A stretch of DNA of 63,822 nucleotides, counting the filler, from Octopus bimaculoides (Eukaryota): the NCBI RefSeq assembly GCF_001194135.2. It is 5 parts of 5 records of this genome, joined end to end, with 100 filler letters (N's around TTAATTAATTAA, not from the genome) between each part and the next. Parts side by side here need not be neighbours in the genome. Positions count along the whole stretch, not along the records: positions 50,997 to 62,641 come from NC_068982.1; positions 62,742 to 63,822 come from NW_026338959.1; 3 more parts are not named here. One strand, given 5' to 3'. The notes beneath the pieces were generated by a model, which saw only the letters and a program-made list of their open reading frames with translations, ran no database searches and had not been told where the DNA came from. Made by a program: the position numbers and the translations under genes. Each line of letters starts with the position of its first letter. The stretch's first letter is position 1. This document shows positions 52,801 through 63,822 of this stretch, piece by piece.

Positions 52801-53511
52801 ATTAAGGCAGCGAGCTGGCAGAATCGTTTGCATGCCGGGCGAAATTAAGTACCAGTTGCGTTCTGGAGTCGATCTAATCGACTGGCTCCCTCCCACAAAA
52901 TGTCGGGCCTTGTGCAAAGAGTAGAAAAGATTCGAGGTCGACTTTGCCTTTCATCCTTTCGGGGTCGATAAAATTAGTACCAGTTACGTACTGGGGTCGA
53001 TGTGATCGACTTAATCCTTTCCTCCAAAATTTGAAGCCTTGTGCTTCCAGTAGAAAGGATTTATTAAAGCTGAGATAGTGTGACATACTGACATTCACAT
53101 TTATTATATAAGATATGTTTAGTTTTGAAGAAACTTTATTTCAATTAAAATGTATTTTATGTATATGCGTATGTGTGTATTAAAGAAAACAAAAGATAAA
53201 ACAATAATCATAGCGTTCAGTATGTAGGCGACAAGAATTAGTCAAAGTGACATCGTCTCTCTTTTTCTCTCACATACGCACTCTTTCTCTCTCTCTTTTA
53301 ATAAAACATCATCAACTCTCCCTAAATTTCTTTGTCTCTCTTTCTCTCTCTCTTCCCCCCTCTCTCTCTCTCTCTCTCACTGTCTACCACTGCCCTCACC
53401 GTCTCTATGCCTAGTATTACTCTTACCCCATCAGGAGTGTTACTGAATAATGAGAGAGTAGGTGTCTACGTGTGACACACTGACACACAGAAATTAGCTT
53501 TTCGCATTTGT

Positions 53512-53546
<35 letters not shown>

Positions 53547-53554
53547 CAAATAAA

Positions 53555-53812
53555 TATTATTGAACATTTATGGTGCATTTTAGAAAAGCAATTAAGGAGT
53601 CGATATTCTCCACCATCATGACTACAAGAGCTGGAGACTGTTTTAGCTGAGGAATGGATAAAAATTCATTTGGAAACAATTCAAACTTTGTACGAGCCAT
53701 ACCTCATAGAACTGAAGCTGTAATTACTGTCAAAGGCGGTCCTACCCCATATTAAAAAAATAAAATTTGTTAGAAACTTTAAGATGTTTCCTTTATTTTG
53801 TCCAACCCCTGT
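53555..53812 (+). mobile_element. Tc1-like transposon 3' end with terminal inverted repeat
   Basis: LWCILEKQLRSR...LAEEWIKI...IPHRTEAVITVKGGPTPY* then ...tgtccaacccctg-ta. Confidence 0.85.
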
Positions 53813-54243
53813 ATATTATATGTGTATGTGCGTGCATCTACATGTGCGTGTGTGCGAGTGAGTGTGCATGCATGTATGTATCTACATATATGTAGGTGTG
53901 AGCTTTTTATGCGTGTGATTGTCCCCCACAACCGCTCGACAACCGGTGTGGGGTTGTCTACGTCCCAATGACTTAACGGTTAAGCAACAGCCACCGATAG
54001 AATGAACAGGAAGCATTATTAAAGTAACTCTAGTGGTGGGGGAGCAATTTGTTCGACTAAACTCTTCAAGTTTCTGCCCCAGCTTGGCCAGAGTCTGATT
54101 CTTTAAACAAGTAAAAGATAAAATAAACTTGAGCAGTCAGATTTGGGAATATCTTTAATTATAAGGAATATACATTATGACAACCATTTCATTAATCATG
54201 ATCATGAATTTACTGAGTCGGTCAATAAAGAGGACCATATCAA

Positions 54244-54650
54244 GGCGGCGAACGGCCAGAAACGTTAGCGCGACGGGTGAAATGCTTAGCGGTATTTCGT
54301 CTGCCGTTACGTTCTGAGTTCAAATTCCGCCGAGGTCGACTTTGCTTTTCATCCTTACGGGGTCGATAAATTAAATGCCAGTTACGCACTGGGGTCGATG
54401 TAATCGACTTAATCCCTTTGTCTGTCCTTGTTTGTCCCCTCTATGTTTAGCCTCTAGTGGGCAATAAAGAAATAAGAAACGTTAACACGCCGGGCGAAAT
54501 GCTTAGCGGTATTTCGTCTGTCTTTACGTTCTGAGTTCAAATCCCGCCGAGGTCGACTTTGCCTTTCATCCTTTCGGGGTCGATAAATTAAGTACCAGAT
54601 GCGTATTGGCCCCTCCTCAAAAATTTCGGGCCTTGGGCCTAGAGTAGAAA
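54244..54650 (+). mobile_element. Two adjacent CORE-type tRNA SINEs (OR2-like); further copies at about 52806-53060 and many decayed copies at 1190-3190, 7890-8100, 11550-11720
   Basis: ggcggcg...gttctgagttcaaattcc (B box)...gactttgcctttcatcctttcggggtcgataaattaagtacca (CORE-like domain). The octopus OR2 SINE is a described CORE-SINE; name assigned from memory. Confidence 0.75.
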
Positions 54651-54804
54651 AGAATATAGAAGAGTTTATATTAGATTCAAAAATAATAACTGCTTCTCAA
54701 CAGGGGACATAACTCTATCTAAACTCTGAATTAGTGCATACATTCGTGCGTGCGTGTGTGCGTGCGTGAGTGCGTGAGTTCCTGCGTCCGTGCGTGCGTG
54801 CGTG

Positions 54805-54836
<32 letters not shown>

Positions 54837-55129
54837 CTTGCCTGTCTGCCTGCGTGTATAATGCCTAAATTATTGGAAGGTGAGATATGTATTTCCCAGT
54901 ATGACAGGAAAATATTGGATTTTGGATACGAAGACTTTGTACGATTGTCTATGGAAATAAAAGTTAGTTCAGTAAGTCGTTCAAGAGTAGCCTCCCTTGA
55001 GACGATTCACAATTAATTTTTGGTATTTTATTCAGTTTTCTTAGCGTGGATTTCCGCCAGTCAACTGCTTTTATTATTTTATTGATAGCACTGAGAAACA
55101 TTTCCGAAAAAGTTTTTAGTTGTCTTACT

Positions 55130-55600
55130 TGTTACTATTACTTCTTCCTAATTTGATGGTACTGGATCAGAAATGCCCTCAGAAATTTTCTATTGTGTCA
55201 AGTCTTTTGTTAAATAGGAATTCACTTTTTATCAAAACATGTCAATTTTGACATTAAATGCAGTACTGAAATAAGAAACTAGCAGAAACCAAATAGTACT
55301 TCTTATTGTTTAACAAATATATTATACAAACTGTTTAATTGCACATCTTAGAGATATTTCTGTCAAACTGGAGTTTCGGGAAGTGAACTTCCTCTTTGCT
55401 GCTGTATTCCACCTGCCTTGATACATTGCCTCCATGGTCGCAATAACTTAATGGAATCTTTCTCCTTGCTTACTACTTCTTGCAAAGCAATTTTCAGAGA
55501 AGTAGTCCATATGACTGTGAAGGATATCTACTATTACACTCATATTACAGCCCATTCCTCGAAAACTGGTTAACTGGGTCTGCACAAGTACTTCATAATT
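55130..55600 (-). mobile_element. Chapaev3 (CMC) transposase C-terminal fragment and 3' subterminal region
   Basis: MGCNMS...HSHMDYFSENC...QGERFH*VIATMEAMYQGRWN matches GCxMSxKxHxLHSHLDFFxENL...GERFHQDIxxMExRYQGxW. Confidence 0.75.
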
Positions 55601-55685
55601 TGATCCTTAAGGTATTTTTCGTTGTTGTTGTTGTTGCTGTTGTTGTTGTTGTTGTTGCTGTTGTTGTTGTTTAGGTCACTGAATG

Positions 55686-55747
<62 letters not shown>

Positions 55748-56433
55748 AAGAAGAAGAAGAAGAAGAAGAAGAAGAAGAAAAATAGTGGTTAAGAGCGCGG
55801 ACTACTAACCCCAAGATTCCGAGTTCGATTCCAGGCAATGACCTGGATAATAATAATAATAATAACAACAACAACAACAACAACAACAATAATAATATTA
55901 ATAATAATATTAGATGCAGTACCAGGCAGTAGCTCTCATGGCTTCTGATCTTAATTGATTGGAAGTGTTATCATGTACATTGTTTTGTTGTGGTATAAAA
56001 GATGGGCTACAGCAAATATTCTGCTCAATACTACAGATTTGCTTGTCAGTTGTTTGACCTTAACCAGTTGAGCATGTCCCTTGGTGGCTGACGATATGTG
56101 CATCTCTGATCATGAGCAGAAGTAGTGGGGGAGCATCATAGTCATGTGCTGAGAGGAATTTTTGGGGGTTTGAATAATTCACCTTTGGAAACATGGGTGT
56201 TTTACTCAACATCCTTAAACAAACCTTATTCAGGGACCTTTTGAGCGGGATGGGCTANNNNNNNNNNNNNNNNNNNNNNNNNNNNNNNNNNNNNNNNNNN
56301 NNNNNNNNNNNNNNNNNNNNNNNNNNNNNGCATGTGCCTGGTGTACCCTTATCAGATGGGTAGTCATGATGGGTATAATGGGCTTCGTATATTTTACCCC
56401 AGTGTCACTTTGATGGCATGCCCTGCTCTCACT

Positions 56434-56434
56434 C

Positions 56435-56512
<78 letters not shown>

Positions 56513-56539
56513 AAGAAGAAGAAGAAGAAGAAGAAGAAG

Positions 56540-56594
<55 letters not shown>
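56434..56594. repeat. Compound trinucleotide microsatellite (AAT)n(AAG)n(AAC)n; similar tracts at 55620-55670, 55686-55778, 55847-55910
   Basis: Direct sequence. Confidence 0.99.
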
Positions 56595-58569
56595 TCGAAA
56601 AATACCTTAGGAATGAGAGCCAGGTTCGAAATTTCCCCCAAGACACCTGGAGGGTATATCAGCCGAAACGTTGAGTTAAAAACAAACAAGATGAGAACAA
56701 ATATCCGTCAAATGTAAATAATGTAAATAATGTACATAATTCCTCATCTCTTAAATATAGAACTGTATTATCTAATTTCTCTTAGGATCGTGACATTTAA
56801 AGCAGGTTAAATTGAAAATAGTGAAAGTTGCTCAAGGTCGATGGTTTTTATTTACTGAAGGTACTTCAATAAAGACTTTTATTTTCACGTTTTATAATTG
56901 CATTTAATTTAAATGATATTGAAAAACTATGCTTTCAAAGTTACGTCAAGCTTTATACGTAGGTCTGCATTTGATGAAGCCAAGTCTATCCTTTAAAATA
57001 TTGTGAATACCGGAAATGTTGAAAAAGAACATTTGAGTTTGCAAAGAATTTTGACGTGATAGAGAAAAATAGATTTCATTTTTGAAATAAGCACCTCATA
57101 ATTACTAGAAAACATATCTCCAACACCAGACGAAAAAAGCATGTCCCCGAGGGTAATTCCTTGTTGACTTGAGGCACGTATATTATCTTCTGAGTATCAG
57201 AAGCGCCGGTCACCCTGAGTAGGTCGCCAAACACTTGCTCCGCTGACCTTAGAAATTTTAGCGTGAACGTTCCACTAAAACTATCGTCCAACTGATAGAG
57301 AACTGGTGAGTGTCTGATAACGTTGCACATACCAAAAATCGAACTGTGACCTACTCTGGATCCACGATTGCAGCTCTTTCAAAAAGACGACCTATGAAAG
57401 AATTTGTTTCATAACAAGCAATCGCTTCTAATCTTTAGAAATCTCTGTAAATGTTGCTGTCTCAGCAGATATCAACGTATCATTAGCCACAACATACCAA
57501 GCCGCCACACGAGAAGCACTCGCGGTGGATATTCCTTCAGCTACGCGTGAGGGCCAATCCTCCCACGGAAAGCAAAAATTAAGACACTCAAGACAACTTA
57601 ACTACTGCCTAAACCGAGCTGAACCATGCCACGACAGTCGTGCAATGGCATATTGCATATTTTCATCACTTTTCTTTGGCCTTTCAAGTATTGCTTCCTC
57701 ACAACGCTTTTCTAAGTTTTACCATTCTGCCCGTAAATTTCTTCCAGTTAATATTCACGCAGAGATTTGAACCAAATCTGCCCTCAATCACCAAGTATTG
57801 CACCATCGATACAGTAACAGATTTCTTTTCCTGATGCCTAGTTCCAGGCCTACCGATCTGTCCTGGTTGCTATGCGTAATTTGTATTAGGTCAGATTTCT
57901 TAAGTATCGCACCAAACACTTCAATTTCCTTTGCATCCCACACCATAACCGTATGGTCATCCGTCTGTGCCAACACGACCCTACTTTGATTTCACCCGTG
58001 TCTACTAAGGTCTTTCAAAGATCAGGTATAGAACGAACCCTTTCCACGATGTATCATACAGACGATATATCAGACCTGCTCGGGAATCGCACAGGTTCGT
58101 AAGCACCGAGCTCACAAAGTTTTGCCTTTAAATTTACCCTAATCCATCTTTCATAAAATTTATTGAAAGTTAGATTTTTATAGCGGTGACAGTAACAACA
58201 GACATATTTTGGACATAATGAACATCGTCAGCGTGAGCATGAACCCGCTGATCAGATTTTAGAAGGAGGCGATAATAATTTCTATAACAATAAACGAAAG
58301 CTAACGAAGAAAAGCAACTCCAGCGCGTGTGCGCGCGCGCGTTAACAATGCATCGTTAAACAATCGTTACATTTCCATGTTGGTACAAATGTAAACAGGT
58401 ATCTTGTCATGAAAGCCGAAAATAAAATAGTAAGGGACGTAACTCATAATTTGTTTAATTGCTTATTGACCTTGAACCGTCTATTCTCAGAACACACATG
58501 TTCACAAATCAATATTCTTTCAAATCACATGAATTCAACTTTTTTTGTTTTGTTTCCTTTTGTTTTTCT

Positions 58570-60060
58570 TTTCTTTTTTTTTTTTGTTACAGACACATAA
58601 ACTAATGGTTCCTACCAAATTTCTGATACTAATTTCAGATCTAACATCTAAATTTCTCTATCACGTTCAGATTTTGTGTAACCGAAGACTTCTATTTTCC
58701 GTCTTTTCTCACCCGCTTCTATGACGAAAGCCGTTTAAGCTACTTTTTGTGCCACTTTTATGTTAAGCATACTTAAATAATTAGTGAACAGGGATATCTT
58801 AACTCCTTTCTCTGGTTTAATTCAGACAGCGGAATTCTGCTGGCGGAGTTACCACTCCTGAACCCAACCATCCATCCAAAACATGTTAGTATTTTGTTGT
58901 TACTACCGATAAACAACTTCTTGTTCTTAAGTGAAATTTGTTTTTTTTTTCCTCTTCCTTTGTCGCTTGTAGAATGACGAACTCTCCTTCTACATGAACC
59001 AACAATACAACAGTAATCTCACATCATATTTGGCTTGAAATTACTTTGGTATCTGTTTTCCATAAATGAAATGTCATAATCGTCACTCACAGCTTGGCTG
59101 GGAAGAAGTCAAGATGAGATTTTAAAAATACATTTTCAAAGATATTCCTCATCTCATTTTTTCATAAGATTTAAGCATGTTTTCTGAGTTCACAGTGGTT
59201 TTCAGCTTTGTGGTTTCCTAGAAAATCTCTGACAACTTCAACAAAAGGTGTTCCTAGTTCATTCTCATTTAGAATTCATGGAAACGATGAGTCGTGGATG
59301 ACACTGCTGATCTGTGATCCAGTGAAAGCTCCAGCTTCTAGCTTAGCATCTGTCAATATCTCTTTGAATTTATCCTTTAAATATTGGAAACCACTACCTT
59401 GATGATCCATACCTTCACGTAATTTTCACACAGACACAAAAAGCACATGTGCTCTATGTAGTTCAGCTGTAATTCAAGAAGAAATGGTACAACTTTAAGG
59501 TCACCATAAATATTACATAAGTGGTCCTTATATTTGATGAGTTTTAGCAGCAGCTCCATCGATTCATAAGTCTCGTTAAATCCTGTGACATGTGCTACAG
59601 GTATTGAAGGTTTTTCATTGCCGTTGTGCAGTGATACAGTTTTAAGTCTAGCTTTACTCGAGTCAATGAACAGTCTCCATTCTAGATCATATAGAAAGCC
59701 GATCCTTTCTTTCAGGTCATTGATATAGTGGTAGGAACAAACGTTTTACTCCGCTAAGTAAAATGATGAAAACTGGAGATGCCAATGACGGAAATGAGAA
59801 ACTTTAGTGTTTGGCAGAAGAAGAATTCATTCTTGAAGTCTGGAACCAAGCAACTCTGGTTTTTCTTTGGTAATTCCAAATCGCACACTAAGTCATTTAA
59901 CATCCAGTTGACTTTTAAAATGTGGGAAATTAGTGGCATCTGGAACATATCCGTCATCTTTCCATATTTCTATATCAGATGAAACTGCTGTCTTCAACAA
60001 CCGCTCACCTTGACTGTCACGTAGGGACTGACCGTTGAGCCGTTACAATACTTTCGACTC
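58570..60060 (-). mobile_element. Chapaev3 (CMC) transposon, decayed transposase
   Basis: LNDLVCDLEL, KEKPELLGSRLQE, NIYGDLKVV..LELQL..CFLC, SHLDFFP, MENRYQ and DYC motifs across frameshifts. Confidence 0.8.
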
Positions 60061-60349
60061 AGTGTTCCCAACTCGGTATAAATTTTATTGATCAAAATTG
60101 TTAGAATTTGTATATAGTTGGCAAACAAAAATTGCTTTAACCTTGAAAAGCAAGTTTCATATTTCTGGCATTAAGAAGACACTTAAAACCAAAATCTAGA
60201 CGTGATATGAAATTTTACAAAGTGATTTGCATTTTACACAAAATTCTAGACGTGATAGAAAAATTTAATTATAGATTTGAAATCAGCATACCGAAATTAG
60301 CTCGGAACACGTATTTGGTCTTCTGTAACAAAATCTTTGTTGCCTAGTG
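60060..60349 (+). mobile_element. Chapaev3-like 3' terminus
   Basis: aaatctagacgtgata...gatttgaaatcagcatacc...aaatctttgttgcctagtg; reverse complement of the end gives a CAC-type TIR (cactaggcaac). Confidence 0.65.
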
Positions 60350-61570
60350 TTATACAAGTATGCCGTAATAGAAGATTATATTTATATATTTGGCAGGCTT
60401 TCAATGAGCTGATTTACAATTACAATAGTTTAGATGTTCTTAATATGATTTAGCTATAAACATATGGCTATATTATATTCGAGCTGATGTAATAACTTCA
60501 CTCGGAGGACGAAGAGATTTTTATTTCTTACTTCTTTTTTTGTTTGGTAGTTTTTGTCTTTTTTTGTAGTTTTCCTCTTTTTTTTTATTTTCGTCTTTGG
60601 GGTGGGATTAATTTTACAAAATCATGGACATGCGTGTGATATTTCGTCTACAAAACCAAGGACTTTACACAGTTCGCTATTTTGTAATACAGTTACACGA
60701 TTGCTCCAACTACTATAAAATTAAATAGAAACGAAATCTCTTTGTTCATATTACTCTGTTACATTTTGAGCAGATATTTCTGTCTTCGCGGTCAAAGTTG
60801 ACCGGCGGCGCTGCTTGGGGTGGAAGATACAGCAATTATGTACATGCGATGGAATACACATCGTAGTCTAAGAAAATAACAAACTGCTTTCTATTAAACT
60901 TTCTGGACATGACGATTCTATGTGGAATCGAATATCACATCGCACTCGAACTAACATTATACGATTCGTGTAATGTAATAAAATAAATATTTTTTAATCA
61001 TTGGAGATTAAATTTGCCTTTTCTGAGTTTGTTTTCGTTTCTGGTTTCAAATTTCCTTTCGTTTCTCCCCAACATTTAGTTCTTTGGAATATGATAGCTC
61101 TTTTTTATTTTATTGTATTTATATTTTTTCAATTTTATGTTGATCGTAATACACGCATATTTATATGCGTAACAAAAAAAAATCTAAACAACCCTTTTTA
61201 TATCCAGCTAAAAATGATAATACAATTTATGATTCCAATTACAATGTATTTGAATTCTAAATAATGCTTTTGTAATTCATTTTAGCGCTCTCTCCTCCGT
61301 CTCTCCCTCCCTCCGTCTCTCCCTCCCTCCGTCTCTCCCTCCCTCCCTCTCTCCCTCCCTCTCTCTCTCCCTCCCTCTCTCACTCTGCCCACCTTCCTTC
61401 CTTTACTCTCCTCTCTTTCTCTTCCTGTTTTTCTGTCCCCTATTTTCTCTTTCTCCTCCCTCTCTCTTCTCTTTCTCGTCCCCTCTCACTCTACCTTGTA
61501 TCTCTCTTTTCGGTTATCTCCCTCCAAATACAACAAGGATCAAAAGAATCTCTCTATACATATTTCATAT

Positions 61571-61619
<49 letters not shown>

Positions 61620-62305
61620 GCTTTCATCCTCAGCAATTACTCCTCACTTTTCTTTTTTCCTGTATTTTTCTGCACCATCACACTAGCTTCCATTGACTTT
61701 CGTTACCATGACAATTTTGTTATAACAAGTTTAATTTTGAAGAAACGCAGCAGTTTGTTTCTGCTTATACAAAGTGACGATAGCATAACAATGGACTTTC
61801 ATAGTTTACTAGTTTATAACTTTCGATTTTTCTTATAAAATGATATTTCACAATTTATTTATTTATTCATTTATTTAATTATGTCGGTCTTTGATACAAA
61901 ATTTCAGTATGTATTTCACTATTTCTTTTTTTTGCTTTTTTTTTTGCTTTTTTTAAGTTTATTTCCATATTTCAATATTTCATAAGTTTCGATCTTTCTT
62001 CAATGATTACGAAAGAATACGTTAAACACTGCATTACAGAAACGTTTTATACAGAAATTTGTTTATTTCTTGAACCGAAACACAACATACTTTTGATTAT
62101 TTCATACATAATTATCTTTGCTCTTATTTTTATATCATAGATTCAGTTAAAGGACTGAATATAAAGTAGTTTGTTTTTGTTTTGTTTTACTTTTGGGTTT
62201 TTTTTTGGGGGGGCATGTTGTGAATATGCACATCATCTAATAATATTTAGCCAGCATGCCTTCATTCAAAACTACTTTTTTTGGCATGAATAAGTTGATG
62301 AAGAA

Positions 62306-62605
62306 TGGAGGCGCAATGGCCAAGTGGTTAGGGCAGCGGACTCGCGGTCGGAGGATCGCGGTTTCGATTCCCAGACCAAGCGTTGTGTGTATTTATTGAG
62401 CGAAAACACTTAAACTTCCACGAGGCTCCGGCAGGGGGTCGTGGCGACCCCTGTTTTACTCTTTCGCCCCAACTCTTTCTTCCTGTTTCTTGAGTAACGC
62501 TGCGATGGACTGGCGTCCCGTCCAGCTGGGGTGAGGGAAACACATACGCCATAGAAGCCGGGAAACCGGGCCCATGAGCCTGGCTAGGTTTTAAAAGGGC
62601 GGAAT
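62306..62605 (+). mobile_element. tRNA-derived SINE (head type A + tail type Y)
   Basis: Same head as 14985-14870, then ctgcgatggactggcgtcccgtccag..., which I recall as resembling the Meta-domain of MetaSINEs. Confidence 0.8.
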
Positions 62606-62963
62606 AAGATGATGTTGATGGAGACACTTTTTGCTCGTCATNNNNNNNNNNNNNNNNNNNNNNNNNNNNNNNNNNNNNNNNNNNNTTAATTAATTAANNN
62701 NNNNNNNNNNNNNNNNNNNNNNNNNNNNNNNNNNNNNNNNNATATATATTTATATATATATATATACATACATACATACACACATAAATATATATGTAAA
62801 CATACAAATGTACACATCATTTACTCACACAAAGAGAATGGGAGAAAGAGTGACAGAGAGCAAGACTGATCTACAGAAGAATAGAAAGTCAGATACAGCT
62901 ACTCTTACAAACTACTAGACAGGAACAATGGCAAAGTGTTTACGTTTCAAAGATAGAGAGATT

Positions 62964-63049
<86 letters not shown>

Positions 63050-63101
63050 CACATAAAGTAACCATAGTCAATATGGTAGGCTACAAAACATCTTAAAATA
63101 T

Positions 63102-63150
<49 letters not shown>

Positions 63151-63822
63151 TACCGCCACTACCACCACTATCGCCACCTTATGTTGGAAAAGAATAATGT
63201 CAAAACAACTGCTAAAATTTATTTAATATTATCATTAGTATTATTATTATTATGGAGTGGATTTTGCAAAGAGGGATAGGTAGAGTACAATATCATTTTT
63301 ACACTATTTTTTTCCGAGCTTTTCTCATATTCTATTTTTTACTTCTTTTCAAAAATTTCGTGGCGAGCTTCGATTCATTTTCTTCAAACTAATAAACACG
63401 AAACACGAAGATAAAACTGCTACGCAGAGATGCTAAACGACAACTTATACACACATAAATGCATACACATATGCATTTAATTAAATATATATATATATAT
63501 ATAAATATATATATGTGTGTGCATGTAATTATAGGTATATATGTATGTATGTATGTATGAACACATGGATTTATGTATACTGGGACACGAGATTGTATAT
63601 GTGTAGTGTGTATAAGGTAATAGTCATGTAAAGTCGAAACTGAGTAATGTGTTTAGTAGAAATACATCTAGCAAAATATAATAATAATAATAATAATGAT
63701 GATGATAATGATAATAAAATCTTACAGAATTGGATAAAAAGCCGATTACACGCATATATATATATATATACATACTCAGACGTAACACAATTCACGTATT
63801 ATGTGTATATGTGTGTGTGTTT

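Noticed and set aside
55783-55846. Possible tRNA gene; SINE heads elsewhere also show A/B boxes
   Set aside because: No complete cloverleaf or acceptor stem; these are tRNA-derived repeat heads. No rRNA, true tRNA or CRISPR array was seen.
56230-56717. Long ORFs with poly-L/F/I/R/T/V, and the many YI/CV/HT-repeat ORFs elsewhere
   Set aside because: Translations of microsatellites and N gaps.

Overview
AT-rich, microsatellite-dense eukaryotic draft-assembly DNA with many N gaps. The SINE, RTE and Penelope content points to an octopus genome (inference). One host gene is firmly supported: a minus-strand RNF207 ortholog (RING/B-box/coiled-coil E3 ligase). I traced ten phase-consistent GT-AG coding exons between 32191 and 11808 (1363 nt). 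The N-terminal RING/B-box exons and the last exon were not found; one probably lies in the gap at 33133, which is directly followed on the minus strand by a GTGAGT donor. The rest is mostly decayed transposons: tRNA-derived SINEs, RTE, CR1/L2 and Dong/R4 LINEs, Penelope elements, Tc1/mariner, Chapaev3, Helitrons and a probable solo LTR. The most interesting observations are (1) several degenerate hammerhead ribozyme motifs, one family sitting in a recurring unit of tRNA-like head + microsatellite + Penelope terminal repeat; (2) an unidentified, intronless, CpG-rich decayed coding relic at about 57.1-58.3 kb; (3) a mariner DNA-binding domain downstream of RNF207 with a phase-compatible splice acceptor, fused in frame to an RTE fragment; (4) a ~360-bp foldback hairpin; (5) head/tail module swapping among SINEs; (6) a CpG-decay boundary near 51 kb. 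No database search could be run. Family and homolog assignments rest on motifs recognised from memory, and TE boundaries are approximate.
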